Below, one piece after another: positions 45,140 to 56,262 of a stretch of 64,000 nt of DNA. Origin of the DNA: a virus. The notes beneath the pieces are model-generated. The model searched no databases. It was not told where the DNA came from and saw only the letters and a list, made by a program, of their open reading frames with translations. The position numbers and the translations under genes are program-made. The stretch is taken from the IMG/VR virus record IMGVR_UViG_3300017963_000233; one strand, 5' to 3'. How positions within the stretch are numbered: position 1 is the stretch's first letter; each line of letters starts with the position of its first letter.

Positions 45140-48100
45140 TGCCAGCAGGAAAAGAACTACTACTTGGTACCGTATTTAAAGGTAGAGTAGATCCCGCCTT
45201 CAAAAAAGCAATCAATGATCTAAAGACGGCTCTGGCTCAGTATAACAATGTAATGAATCAAGTCGGTTCCAATGCGAGCAAAGCCACGAGTCGAGTCAGA
45301 GCCTTTGGCAATGCCGTAAAACAAAGCAAGAACAAGGTAAAAGATGTCAACAAAGAAGCACTTGAACCATTCAACAAACAAATAAGCAGAGCAAGAAACG
45401 GGTATCAAAGATTCCTCGCCGCTATGAAAGTCACAGCAGCTTATGGTGTTGCTGCTACTGCTATTTATAAAGTTACACAGGCTTTCAGGGCAGGTATTAA
45501 AGAGATTGTTGACTACGATCAAGCATTAAAAAACATCCAAGCAATTACAGGTGCTACGACTCAAGAAATCCAGGCAATGGATGACACGATTAGAGATGTA
45601 GCGCGGAGTACAAAGTTTTCAACGACTGAAATTGCAGAAGGTGTTACATTGCTTGGTCAGGCAGGTTTCTCCGCTGAAGAATCGATGCAAGCGATTCATG
45701 CATCTTCATTGCTTGCGACTGGTACACTTTCCGATTTAAAAACCACAGTCGATTTAGTCACAACTACTATCAGAGCTTATAACCTTGATGCATCTGAGGC
45801 CGCAAGGGTCTCCGATGTTATGGCCAATGCAATCAATAGATCGAAATTGACAATCGACAAGTTGAGGGTTTCTTTCAACTTTGTCGGTGCTACTGCGGCG
45901 CAGGCAGGTCTTTCGATTGAACAAACAGCAGCGACAATGATGGTGCTTGCCAACAACGGTTTGAGAGCATCTACAATAGGTACAGGATTCAGGCAAGTGC
46001 TGTCGAGATTGATTGCTCCGACACGTAAAATTAGAGAGTTGATGGAAGAACATAATGTAGAGTTGGAGAAAATAAATCCATTAACTCAAGGATGGGAAAG
46101 TGCGTTAAAAAACTTGACCCAGACTTTGTATGACAGTGAAAGAGGCGCAATCGATGTACAGAAGGCATTTGAACTGTTTGGGTTGAGAGGAGCGCAGGCT
46201 GTTTCTATCATTGCCAAGAGTTTTGTGTCTGGAGATTTTCAGAGAGCGTTGGGATACGCATACGAAATCGGTACTGCTGCGGAGATGGCTGGAATCCAAG
46301 CGGAAGGCCTTGCTTTGAAATTCAAGAGATTGCAAGACCGTTCAAAATTGGTTGCTGTTGCGATTGGTGATGCGGGTTTGACTGGGGCAATGAAAGGCAT
46401 GCTTGATATTTTACTTTCATTGGCTGAAACATTCGAGAGTTTTGTGAGATCTGAATTAGGGCAAGCAGCGACCAATTTTGTTTTGTTGACTTCAGCGATT
46501 GTCGGCACTTCTCTTGCCTTGAAGGGATTGATTGGTGTTTTGAAGATAGCGGGTATCGGTGCGTTCCTGACAAATCCTTTGCTTGCTGGTGTTGCTGCTG
46601 TTTCAGCATTCACCGCCGCTATGTGGCAGATGAGTGAAGGACAAAAGAATGCGGCTAACGAAGCATCGGAACTTGCAATACAGGCGAAAGGTGTTGCGCT
46701 ATCTGTCAATGTGTACAGGGAGGGTCTGGAGCAGCTTCATGATTCGATGGCGGAAGAGGCGCCAAGGCAATATGAAGCATTGTTAAAAAGATTGATTCAA
46801 GAGCATCCTGAACTTGCTGAAAAAGTTGACCTTACCACTATATCACATGAGGAATTGATTGCTGTTTTGAGGAAATTCGAATTCGAACAATTCAGCCAGT
46901 CATTGAATAAGGTCACCGAGAGTATGGGATATTATTCAGATCAGGTTGAAAAAGCAAGTATAGAAGTAGATAAACTCCAGGAAGGGGCGTTTTTCAAGAT
47001 AAAAGAAGGAGCGGCGGAAGTAACTGAAGCCACCGATGATCTTGCTTTTGCTCAAGCGAAATTGAATGCGAGTTTGAGACAGTTGGAAGAGGGCGGCAGG
47101 ACGTATGTTGATGTACTCGTATCGATGGTACGGGAAAAACATAGATCGAAAGAAGCCGCTGAATCAATGCTTGAGTCTTTTATAAAATTGAATGTACAGT
47201 CTGGAGAAGTTGCGGATTCATTGAGAAATAGATTTCAACAATCGATTACGGCGATGAATCAAACGACAATTGAGATGAATCGAAGGATCTCCGAGCTTCT
47301 TCAAGATATTCCGATTCAATACCAGAGAATGTATTCGGATCTTGATGCGTTAAGACAAGCTGATCTTGTGAATACGATTCGATCCGTGAACAGACAAATT
47401 GCGGCTTTTGAAAAAGCCGCAGATCAATTAGGAATTGCAGGGGAAAAGAGAAGGGTCGCTATTGAAGCAATCAGACAAAGAGAATTGATCGATTTTCTTG
47501 CACAGAAAGAGGAGGAAATAAAGGGAGAGGAAACAACTGCACAGAGAAGGATCGAGATTATACAAGATTTCAGGGATAGACTGAATAAGGAACTTGATAA
47601 TCAGATAAAAGAATATCAAGCACAACAGGCGAAGCTGATTGCACAGGAAAACGCCACAGGTGAACGGCGTACAGAGATTGAGGAAGAAACAGATGAAAGA
47701 ATTCAAAAAGCGCGGGCAGAGCATACGGAAAGATTGAAGGCGCTTGATATTTTGCAAAATGATTTGATGAAAGAGGTAGCGGAGGAAAGACTTGAGATCG
47801 AAATTGAAGCGAATGAGCAGCAGCTTGAGGAAAGAAAGCGAAGAAATGATAAGTTGAATGCGATGGATGAGTTGGCGGTTGCTCAAGGCAAGAAGACTCA
47901 ACTCCAGGCATTGAAAGACAAACTTGATCGAGAGATTGAATTCCTCAAAGAGGTTCTTGCTCTAAGATCGAAAATGGTTGTAGAGTCTGCAAAGTTGTAT
48001 GGCGAAGATTCTGAGAATTACAAGGAAGCAATTGAAAAGAAGAAAGAAGCTGAACATGCACTTGAAATGGCGACAATTGAAAGACAAAAAGCAATTGTCG

Positions 48101-48726
48101 AAGCGGAGCAGAAAGAACAAGAGGCGTTGAAGAAAACGCAAGAGAGTGCGGCAAAGACAGTAGAGAAGACAAAGGAAGTGAAGAGGTGGTATGTCAGGGT
48201 AAAAAATGATATCAACTCAAGTCCGATAACTGTATCTGCTGATGTGAATCCCGCAAAAGCGGCGTTGAATCATCTTCTTGAATTTTACAACACGAAAGTT
48301 GCTGATGCGATTGTCAAGTACACCAAACAGTTGATGGATCCTTTTGCAATAAAAGACTTCACGCTCAAAAGTCAAATCGAGAGTTTGACGGATAAGATTC
48401 AGGAAACGAAAGACGTATTTGAAGAGGATCCATTTCTTAGAGATATACAAAGCACTTTGGGAAATGTATTCGACAACGAAACAACTCCAAGCACTTCAGA
48501 GCTTATTGGTGATACGGGTGCGCCTGCTGGTGGTGGAGGGGGCAGTACGGCATCGGGTTCAATGTCATTGAGTGTACCCAAAACGCAACCTGTTGAAACC
48601 GTCAATCTCAATATCAATACAAGGGATCGAAGCTACGAGTTTGAGACAGTAAACCGCCCCGGTACCAGGGATCAAATATTCGAACTTGGGCGGGAACTTG
48701 ACAGAATGGATTTAAGCTATGGCTAA
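45136..48726 (+). CDS. tape measure protein (TP901-type core)
   Basis: TKFSTTEIAEG..LLGQAGFS, GLRASTIGTG; long helical 1196 aa. Confidence 0.95.
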   Translation: MMPAGKELLLGTVFKGRVDPAFKKAINDLKTALAQYNNVMNQVGSNASKATSRVRAFGNAVKQSKNKVKDVNKEALEPFNKQISRARNGYQRFLAAMKVTAAYGVAATAIYKVTQAFRAGIKEIVDYDQALKNIQAITGATTQEIQAMDDTIRDVARSTKFSTTEIAEGVTLLGQAGFSAEESMQAIHASSLLATGTLSDLKTTVDLVTTTIRAYNLDASEAARVSDVMANAINRSKLTIDKLRVSFNFVGATAAQAGLSIEQTAATMMVLANNGLRASTIGTGFRQVLSRLIAPTRKIRELMEEHNVELEKINPLTQGWESALKNLTQTLYDSERGAIDVQKAFELFGLRGAQAVSIIAKSFVSGDFQRALGYAYEIGTAAEMAGIQAEGLALKFKRLQDRSKLVAVAIGDAGLTGAMKGMLDILLSLAETFESFVRSELGQAATNFVLLTSAIVGTSLALKGLIGVLKIAGIGAFLTNPLLAGVAAVSAFTAAMWQMSEGQKNAANEASELAIQAKGVALSVNVYREGLEQLHDSMAEEAPRQYEALLKRLIQEHPELAEKVDLTTISHEELIAVLRKFEFEQFSQSLNKVTESMGYYSDQVEKASIEVDKLQEGAFFKIKEGAAEVTEATDDLAFAQAKLNASLRQLEEGGRTYVDVLVSMVREKHRSKEAAESMLESFIKLNVQSGEVADSLRNRFQQSITAMNQTTIEMNRRISELLQDIPIQYQRMYSDLDALRQADLVNTIRSVNRQIAAFEKAADQLGIAGEKRRVAIEAIRQRELIDFLAQKEEEIKGEETTAQRRIEIIQDFRDRLNKELDNQIKEYQAQQAKLIAQENATGERRTEIEEETDERIQKARAEHTERLKALDILQNDLMKEVAEERLEIEIEANEQQLEERKRRNDKLNAMDELAVAQGKKTQLQALKDKLDREIEFLKEVLALRSKMVVESAKLYGEDSENYKEAIEKKKEAEHALEMATIERQKAIVEAEQKEQEALKKTQESAAKTVEKTKEVKRWYVRVKNDINSSPITVSADVNPAKAALNHLLEFYNTKVADAIVKYTKQLMDPFAIKDFTLKSQIESLTDKIQETKDVFEEDPFLRDIQSTLGNVFDNETTPSTSELIGDTGAPAGGGGGSTASGSMSLSVPKTQPVETVNLNINTRDRSYEFETVNRPGTRDQIFELGRELDRMDLSYG

Positions 48727-49162
48727 ATTTTCTTTTTACTCGACTGAGATAGATCCAACCACGGATCCTGAGAATGCGAATCCACAACCTGCAACAATTG
48801 TCGTATTGAACAGAGATCCTTTAGTTGGTGAGTACGATCAACAGGCTGGATCGAATACGAGAGGAAGTTTCATTCCGACATTGGGCGGCGGTGTGTTGCA
48901 GGAATTCACTTCTCAGGAAGAAGATCAGAGAATAAAAATATCAGATCGAGATGCCTTGACGCAAGCCAATATCGACACGTTGAAGACGATGGAAAGTAGC
49001 GGGGAATGGTATTTCACTGATGGTTATGATGTGTGGAAAACCAAGTTCATGAAACCAAGGGGGTTCTCTTACAGGCGAAATGTTTTAATTGCAAACAGCG
49101 GTAAAACAATTTACAGTTATGATATAGATTTGATCACGACTTGGAAATCTGGTGAATCCTGA
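48719..49162 (+). CDS. distal tail protein (probable)
   Basis: immediately after TMP, beta-rich. Confidence 0.55.
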   Translation: MAKFSFYSTEIDPTTDPENANPQPATIVVLNRDPLVGEYDQQAGSNTRGSFIPTLGGGVLQEFTSQEEDQRIKISDRDALTQANIDTLKTMESSGEWYFTDGYDVWKTKFMKPRGFSYRRNVLIANSGKTIYSYDIDLITTWKSGES

Positions 49163-52080
49163 TGGGATATGATTTTAAGATAGAATATGAGGGGAAAGGA
49201 GATATTACTAGCAAGATATCTCAATTCACCATCACGGATGCTATGGGACAATATGCAAGAGAAATGACCATAGCAATTGCCGACTTCGACTTCTGGAATT
49301 CTTTCGATTTTTCAGAAATCCCTACAGATCCGACAGTAACGATTTATACGAAAATAGGGGATTCATGGGTAAGTCAAGGAGAATTTTTTGTTGAACGTCC
49401 AACCCTTTCAATAACCCGCAATGAAAGCAGAATACAATCTTTGTGGGGAAGATCGAAGAACGCGAAGCTGGGACCACCTTTTGCAGGTAGAATCAGCAAG
49501 TTGTGGACTTCAGATACTACTTTCTATGATATCATCGATGAAATGGCAGATCTTGTAGGTCTTTCATTCAGCGATTCCAATTCCGATGTATCGAATTATA
49601 AGATATATGGATATACGTATTCAGTAGAAAACGCCTATCCAATCGATGTCATATCAGAGTTGGCAGCATTTGCAGGAGGTATGGTATCGACTGATAAAGA
49701 TGATGCAATAAGGATTGTGACATACAATTTTTCACCTACTGGTCCATTATGGAGTATCACTGATTCAAATATCGAGAATATCAATGAGTCACTTGAATTC
49801 CCTGAATTTGGTAACAGAATAAGAATAACACCAGGTGGTTCGATTGGAGGGTTCTCAATAAATATGTATGTTGAGAATCCATGCTTGCCCGCCGATGGTA
49901 CAACAAAATCAAGAATACTCGTTCAGATATTCGATTCCGATGGAATTCCTATTCAAGATGAGACAGTGAGTTGGTCACATGATGGAACTTATGCCTCACT
50001 CGATTATGAGGAAACGAATACCGAGGAAGTACTATTCCAAGATGCAAAGATAAAATCGGATAATTATTATGACTTCGAACTCGAACTGATTCCAAGTGAG
50101 ATCGTCTCTGTTTACGCCTACACAGATACCGCCAAACTGACTGATCTATCAACGGGGTATTCGATAGATGGAAGAACAGTTACATTGGCAACCGCTCTTG
50201 AATATTGTGATCAAACACTTCTTGTTACATATAAGGCGCAGGGGATTGCGATAAATTATTTGCAGGCAGGCAGTACGGCAGAAGATGTTACGGTTACGGC
50301 AGAGTTGAAAGGGCAAAAAGCATCTTCAATCATCTATATCGATAATCCTTGTGAATGCCCTGTCACCTTGACGATGGAATCATTGCCATCATCGATAAGA
50401 GTCGGTGAGAATTCGAAGATACTTGCCTATGCTGAAGCAAGCGGTCCAGTCACCAGCGGTAGAACAATATTCATGTCGCAGGGGACGCAGGATCAGAAAA
50501 AAGGTGACTTGTTATGGGATTATTCGAAATTAACAACTGTTTCAATAAGCAATGAAAAGACTGTTGCAAGAAATGAGCTTGGCGATAATGTGTGCCTTGT
50601 ATCGAAATACATTTCTTCAGTGACAAGTGTTAAGACCTATACGCAGAGATCGACTGGGCCCGTTACTCCGATTGGCGATAATTTGTATTCATCACACAAC
50701 GGCAAAGTTATTACACTGAATACCGATGTTGCAGATGGTACAGGGCTTGTGGTTTCGTATGTTGCATACGGATGCGCGTTGAATGTGTTTCAGGGTACAT
50801 CGCCAGGCAATGCAAAGATAAAAGGTTGGTTGATTGTAAACACTGAAGATCCTGTTGAGGCATATACGACTGTTACAATCTCAGACCCTGAAAATATCAC
50901 TATCCCGCCTGATTATGTCGATGAAAATGGCAATCCCACGGATCCTGACGATAAGCCTGGTCTCCCGTCAAATACTCCTGATGAATGGGCGCCTGAAGAT
51001 CAAGATGATCCAGAGTACAAATACCCCTCAGTTCAGTATCCTGAAGATCCAGCAGATCCAAATGAGGGATCAGGATGCGGATCGTCTGGTGAACCATGTC
51101 CAGATGGCCAAGTCTGTTGTCATTCAGTAGCAGATGGGCAATCTCCGATATATGTCGCCTGCAATGACCCATGTGATTGCTTGGGTGGTTTATGGCCCGC
51201 CTGTGAGGATGACGATGCTGAATGCAAGACAACCGATGTATCAGATCCAACGAATGAAGATGAACTCGGTGATCGATTCTCAAGTCAGAGCGAATACTGT
51301 ACTTGTTTGGCTATGTGCGTTTGGGAATTTAATCAGAAAGGCACAACACAAGGATATGATGGTGGAAGCGGCAGAACGATCAAAACGATAATAGAAGACG
51401 ATTACGGGTATGCGGAGGGAACCGAGGAATACAATTCCAAGTATGAGGAATTGAAAGATGCAGCGATTTCAGATTGTGTTACTGATTGTGAAGGAGAATG
51501 TCCAGGCTCCATAAGCTATACAACGACACATATGGAGAAAGATGATGCACAAAGTTTAGGTGTTGACGGATCAACTCCTGTAGCTACTTACACTTGGTCG
51601 GTATCTGGTGGCGGGAGTTTGGATACGGAAGAAGGGACATCGGTTGTATATACCGCTCCGAGCAGTGCATCCAGTTGTTCTCCTGTCACAATAACATTGA
51701 TGTGTGATGGTGATGTGATTGATACGCTTGAAATCACTATAAATGCGTATTCTGGGAGTGAAGATGCATTTTTATACAAGACATATAGCTCATGTACTCC
51801 GGTTACTTGCGGTGGTGGAGCGCCAGGAAGCAATATTATTGTAACTGTTAATACATATACATGTAGTGGTGATAAAATAATAAATAAGTCTTGTGGGCCC
51901 ACACTCGATACTGTTTGCGGTTCAAATCTTGAGCAATGCGGAGAAGATGCATTGACATCATCAAATTGTTTGAGTCCTAATTGGACTTCAGTTGGAGGGG
52001 GCTATTCGATGGATACCTATCATGATCTTAGAACGCAAGCAATGATTGATGCGGGTTGTTGTCCAGAGGAACTTCTGTAA
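49162..52080 (+). CDS. tail tip/hub protein with Ig-like domains and Cys-rich C-terminus
   Basis: GpD/Tal-like N-terminus; CLPADGTTKSRILVQI Big_1-like; 26 Cys in last ~335 aa. Confidence 0.7.
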   Translation: MGYDFKIEYEGKGDITSKISQFTITDAMGQYAREMTIAIADFDFWNSFDFSEIPTDPTVTIYTKIGDSWVSQGEFFVERPTLSITRNESRIQSLWGRSKNAKLGPPFAGRISKLWTSDTTFYDIIDEMADLVGLSFSDSNSDVSNYKIYGYTYSVENAYPIDVISELAAFAGGMVSTDKDDAIRIVTYNFSPTGPLWSITDSNIENINESLEFPEFGNRIRITPGGSIGGFSINMYVENPCLPADGTTKSRILVQIFDSDGIPIQDETVSWSHDGTYASLDYEETNTEEVLFQDAKIKSDNYYDFELELIPSEIVSVYAYTDTAKLTDLSTGYSIDGRTVTLATALEYCDQTLLVTYKAQGIAINYLQAGSTAEDVTVTAELKGQKASSIIYIDNPCECPVTLTMESLPSSIRVGENSKILAYAEASGPVTSGRTIFMSQGTQDQKKGDLLWDYSKLTTVSISNEKTVARNELGDNVCLVSKYISSVTSVKTYTQRSTGPVTPIGDNLYSSHNGKVITLNTDVADGTGLVVSYVAYGCALNVFQGTSPGNAKIKGWLIVNTEDPVEAYTTVTISDPENITIPPDYVDENGNPTDPDDKPGLPSNTPDEWAPEDQDDPEYKYPSVQYPEDPADPNEGSGCGSSGEPCPDGQVCCHSVADGQSPIYVACNDPCDCLGGLWPACEDDDAECKTTDVSDPTNEDELGDRFSSQSEYCTCLAMCVWEFNQKGTTQGYDGGSGRTIKTIIEDDYGYAEGTEEYNSKYEELKDAAISDCVTDCEGECPGSISYTTTHMEKDDAQSLGVDGSTPVATYTWSVSGGGSLDTEEGTSVVYTAPSSASSCSPVTITLMCDGDVIDTLEITINAYSGSEDAFLYKTYSSCTPVTCGGGAPGSNIIVTVNTYTCSGDKIINKSCGPTLDTVCGSNLEQCGEDALTSSNCLSPNWTSVGGGYSMDTYHDLRTQAMIDAGCCPEELL

Positions 52081-52091
52081 GGAGATATGCA

Positions 52092-52610
52092 ATGAAGAAA
52101 CTTGATAATAGACAATTCCAAGACAGGATAAAAGCGATTCAAAGGGCGAGGAAAATTTTCATCGAATCTGGTCTGACAAATAATATCTCCGTAGCATTCG
52201 AAATATATCAGAGGCTTCTTGCTGAGGAGCACAGGGATATTTTTTTGAGAACATTCGGTCTTGGCAGACGACCTCATAATTGGGTTGATTTTAATTACAT
52301 AAGGCCCACTTGTCCAGATTGTGCGAAGAACGGCAGAAAAGGAATTCCATTATACCTCAGAGTTATCAATTTACCAAAAGGCCCGAGGAATATGCATGGA
52401 TACAGAACAGCATGGATTTGCACCCATCCTGATTGCATATATGAATCATTTTCGACAAACACTGTAGACCAATGGCTAAAGATACTGCCAACAAAAAATA
52501 AAAAGCAAGAGGTTCGAAAGAGAAAGGTTGAACCTGAAGATAAAAGTATGGTCATTCCTGAAGGTGGAATTGCAGATGAAAGAGTAGTTGATATTGAAGG
52601 AGGTGAGTGA
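52092..52610 (+). CDS. Zn-ribbon-containing hypothetical protein
   Basis: CPDC...WICTHPDC. Confidence 0.6.
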   Translation: MKKLDNRQFQDRIKAIQRARKIFIESGLTNNISVAFEIYQRLLAEEHRDIFLRTFGLGRRPHNWVDFNYIRPTCPDCAKNGRKGIPLYLRVINLPKGPRNMHGYRTAWICTHPDCIYESFSTNTVDQWLKILPTKNKKQEVRKRKVEPEDKSMVIPEGGIADERVVDIEGGE

Positions 52611-53269
52611 AATTGTCATTACCAAATACTTATTGGTTGTTCAACAATACTGCAAATGATGGGGCAAATAACGGGAATGCTTCAGGTGGTGCTGGAGCAG
52701 CGAGTTCGAACTGGGTTGTTATTGATAGAACGAATGACAAGTTGATGTTTCTCGATGATCAGCAATCGGATGGTGACTCCAACAGCGGAACGATATATCC
52801 AGTCATTATACCTGCCTCCTCGGACAAAGAAGCTGAAAAGACGTTTATCAATGATGATTCGGAAAGTGTATTGGATCAAGTGAAGTTGGCTGGTACGACG
52901 GACGGAGGGCAGAACGGGGGCAATACTCAATATGTATTTGCTATTTATTTTGATGGTGCCACTGCTACAGTACCTTATCTTGAGGCGTGGGATAGTAGCT
53001 CTCATGCAACGACAACTGACGACTTTTTAGGCGGCGGCACACCAGCAAACAGCACATTGAAAGCAGTTGCAACGACGAATGCAGCGCCTGGATCCGCAAC
53101 ATGGTCTGGTACAGCATTGGCAGGGACAGGTAATAGGATATCACTTGATTCTGGTGCACTGAGTGGAGCTAAGAATCTTTATTTCAATATCAAACAGATA
53201 ATTGCATCAACACTGTCGGCACAAACAGACAGCAGTATCGTTTTGACTTTGAGATTTACTTACAGCTAA
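52607..53269 (+). CDS. virion structural protein (beta-rich)
   Basis: G/S/T/A-rich, GGAGG RBS. Confidence 0.6.
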   Translation: MKLSLPNTYWLFNNTANDGANNGNASGGAGAASSNWVVIDRTNDKLMFLDDQQSDGDSNSGTIYPVIIPASSDKEAEKTFINDDSESVLDQVKLAGTTDGGQNGGNTQYVFAIYFDGATATVPYLEAWDSSSHATTTDDFLGGGTPANSTLKAVATTNAAPGSATWSGTALAGTGNRISLDSGALSGAKNLYFNIKQIIASTLSAQTDSSIVLTLRFTYS

Positions 53270-53279
53270 AGGATACACA

Positions 53280-53795
53280 ATGATACCTTCAATCGATCAC
53301 GATGTCAAAAAGATGTTGGACAATGTTTTGCATTCAAGCAAAGATCTGCTTGGTGTTTATTCAAAAACGCATACAATGGCATTCAGGCTGAAAGTAAGGT
53401 TCGATACTAAATTGGCACCTCATGAATTGATGACGAAAGATACGAGATTCCATAATCCGCAATGGGGTGACGATGCTACTTTCCCCCATCCCATAGAATA
53501 TATTGAATATTATTTACCGATTCCCTACAAACTGTTGATGTATGGTATGGAGAAATATAATTTTTTCATTGAAGCGGTAGGTCGAAATATGGGGGAAAGA
53601 TTGAAAATCAATTCTTTTTGGTTTTGCGGCGTTATTCCACAAACCAATAAAGTCGAAATATGGGTTATCAATTCGAACGGTATTATAGAACACATGCAGA
53701 AACCTTTTGGTAAAGAATACAATGGCACAGCATCGAGAGGTTGGAGAAAAGGGACGCCAAGGAACAATCATTTATCACAGTTACTAAAGATATAG
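53280..53795 (+). CDS. hypothetical protein
   Basis: 171 aa. Confidence 0.6.
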   Translation: MIPSIDHDVKKMLDNVLHSSKDLLGVYSKTHTMAFRLKVRFDTKLAPHELMTKDTRFHNPQWGDDATFPHPIEYIEYYLPIPYKLLMYGMEKYNFFIEAVGRNMGERLKINSFWFCGVIPQTNKVEIWVINSNGIIEHMQKPFGKEYNGTASRGWRKGTPRNNHLSQLLKI

Positions 53796-53801
53796 GAGGA
53801 T

Positions 53802-54233
53802 GTGATGGCGGTAACTGCAACACTATCGAATCATTTCAAGGCGGAAAAAGCCAAGGGCAATATCGACTTCAACAATGACACCTTTAAAGGTGCGCTCATG
53901 GCTTCCTCTTTCTCCTTCGATAAAGACACCCATGCGACATGGCCTGTTGCGAGCGGTGAGGAAATATCAGCGACAGGAAATTACTCACAGCAGACAGTGA
54001 CGGTATCTGGTGAGGTGCAAGAGGATGATACCAATGATCGTGCAAGAGTCGATTTTGAGGATGTGACATTTACGGCGTCTGGTGATGCATTCGACACATG
54101 CGGATCTTTTGTTTTGTATGACGATACATCAGCAGATGATACGATTGTTGGATGCATTGATTTTGGCACCACGTATGATGTTGCAAACGGCAATTCTTTG
54201 GAAGTCAGAGATATTGCGCTTAACTCAGAGTAA
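53802..54233 (+). CDS. tail-associated protein
   Basis: IDFNNDTFKGALM...LYDDT..D.IVGCIDFG, a pattern typical of phage tail-tip accessory proteins. Confidence 0.6.
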   Translation: MMAVTATLSNHFKAEKAKGNIDFNNDTFKGALMASSFSFDKDTHATWPVASGEEISATGNYSQQTVTVSGEVQEDDTNDRARVDFEDVTFTASGDAFDTCGSFVLYDDTSADDTIVGCIDFGTTYDVANGNSLEVRDIALNSE

Positions 54234-54245
54234 AATGGAATTATT

Positions 54246-55397
54246 ATGAGTGGTAATGATTCATATACAGTTCTGTTGGTCCACTCTGATACCACAGACG
54301 GTAGTACTACTTTCACAGATTCAGCGATTGGTGGTAATGCACCCCACACTCTTACCGCACAAGCTGATGCCCAACATAGTACTGATCAAAAGAAATTCGG
54401 TGCTTCTTCTATATATCTTGACGGTAATGATTATATAATTTCAGCAGATGATTCGGACTGGGATATAGGGTCGAATGATTTTACAATTGATGCATGGATA
54501 AGACTTGACTCAATCCCATCTGTCGGAAGAATTCTTGCAAGAGGTGATGTATCCTCCTCTGGCAATTGGTGTCTTGGGATAGGAACTGTATGGGGTGGCG
54601 GCACCAAATTAAACTTTGCTGACAATGAATCTGGAATATCTGATCATTTAAGTAACGCACTATCTGTAAACACCGACACATGGTATCATGTTGCAATAGT
54701 AAGAGCGTCAGGGACTATCACTTTTTATCTTGACGGCGTTGCATCTGGGACAGCCTCATGCTCTCATACTTTGAATTCAAGCAGCAGGATTTTGATAGGC
54801 GGCAGGGATGGAGCAACGGAGTTCTTCCCAGGTTACATTGACGAACTCAGATTTTCTAATGGGATTGCAAGATGGACTGAAAACTTTGCGGTTCCCACGT
54901 CTGCTTATTCTATTGAAGATACAACTGTAACAGCAGCAGTATTTACTTTAACAGATTCATTGGATGGTTCCCCCGCTCTGTCTATACCAGCCGCTGTTTT
55001 CAGTGAAACATTATCTTTGGATACACCGACTATTTTTTTGGGAGTTCCAATAACAGCAGCTCCATTTACATTGACAGACACATTGGTTGTTCCAACAATG
55101 GCGGCAGGTATAGAATTTGATTTTACACTTGATCTAAGAGCAGTTGTTCAAGTGTTGCAGGATTTAGGTCTTGATTTAAGAGTATCGAAAACAAGATTAC
55201 TTGATTTGATATTGGATTTGAGGATAACGGATGGGGATCATCTTGAGGATCTGCTTACCGATCTTAGAATTACAGACGGTATCACATTACAAGATTTGGC
55301 TTTGGATCTTAGATTGATCAAATTGGCTCCAAGTTTTTCAACTTATATATCCCACAGATTATCTTCGATAAAGAAGGATTCAGGGTTATCGTTATGA
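54246..55397 (+). CDS. LamG/concanavalin A-like tail protein
   Basis: KKFGASSIY, DFTIDAWIR, WYHVAIVR, GYIDELRFS; C-terminal DLxLDLR repeats. Confidence 0.85.
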   Translation: MSGNDSYTVLLVHSDTTDGSTTFTDSAIGGNAPHTLTAQADAQHSTDQKKFGASSIYLDGNDYIISADDSDWDIGSNDFTIDAWIRLDSIPSVGRILARGDVSSSGNWCLGIGTVWGGGTKLNFADNESGISDHLSNALSVNTDTWYHVAIVRASGTITFYLDGVASGTASCSHTLNSSSRILIGGRDGATEFFPGYIDELRFSNGIARWTENFAVPTSAYSIEDTTVTAAVFTLTDSLDGSPALSIPAAVFSETLSLDTPTIFLGVPITAAPFTLTDTLVVPTMAAGIEFDFTLDLRAVVQVLQDLGLDLRVSKTRLLDLILDLRITDGDHLEDLLTDLRITDGITLQDLALDLRLIKLAPSFSTYISHRLSSIKKDSGLSL

Positions 55398-55984
55398 CGA
55401 TGGATGTAACGAACTGGAATTTGGATGAAAACAGAGATTGGCATGTGAGGTTGGAGGACTCTGGCACAGACATAACAGTTGAACTCTACACGACACAATC
55501 CGATGCACAACACCAGAGCAACAGAAGATCATATGGGTCTGCATCGTATGGATCGAATTCGGAATGCATTTTGACAGCAGATGCAGGGTACAGTGTTGAT
55601 TTGTATCAAGCAGATTACACGTGGCATTTGAGGGTGGCGGGTGAGAACGGTGATTCAACGAAAGTATACAAAATAAATGCCTTTACTGATTTGCCGTCTA
55701 TCGTTCATTCCATATTCAGAAATACGACACTCATATCAGTGAAAGCGACGTATGAAATCAATCTCCACACAAAGTACAAGACAGTGAGAAAGGTCCCACT
55801 TGGCATTCACATACCCGATATTTCAGTTGGCAAGATCATGACTTTCGACAGCACAAGGAGAGGGGTGGCGGAAGAAAATCAAATATCGAATATGACGATA
55901 AATGGTGTTGTCAATAACAGCGGCGATGCAAGATTGACAACCAATCTTGAATTGATCAAATTCAGTAATTTGAGCAAAGGTTGA
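55394..55984 (+). CDS. tail-associated hypothetical protein
   Basis: 196 aa, coupled. Confidence 0.55.
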   Translation: MTMDVTNWNLDENRDWHVRLEDSGTDITVELYTTQSDAQHQSNRRSYGSASYGSNSECILTADAGYSVDLYQADYTWHLRVAGENGDSTKVYKINAFTDLPSIVHSIFRNTTLISVKATYEINLHTKYKTVRKVPLGIHIPDISVGKIMTFDSTRRGVAEENQISNMTINGVVNNSGDARLTTNLELIKFSNLSKG

Positions 55985-55988
55985 TTAA

Positions 55989-56252
55989 ATGGCAAGACTT
56001 CTCGACTTGATCAAAAAGCAGCGCGATATAAGTACGGAATTAAAATATGGAATCGTGAGGCAAGTGGATGCAAAAGATTACAAAGTGAAAGTAGAATTGG
56101 ATAATGGATTGAAAACATGGGTCAGATATAACGGAGTCCTATCAGCACCAGAAGTCGATGATCAAGTGTTGATTGGAGGTAGAACAATCAAATTCGTCAT
56201 CCAAGATATTGAAGGTGTCATACCAAAGACGCATGTGATATCCAATGTATAA
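55989..56252 (+). CDS. small OB-fold-like protein
   Basis: GIVRQVD...VKVELDNG...PEVDDQVLI resembles spike/baseplate N-terminal OB motif. Confidence 0.5.
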   Translation: MARLLDLIKKQRDISTELKYGIVRQVDAKDYKVKVELDNGLKTWVRYNGVLSAPEVDDQVLIGGRTIKFVIQDIEGVIPKTHVISNV

Positions 56253-56262
56253 TTTTTCTAAA

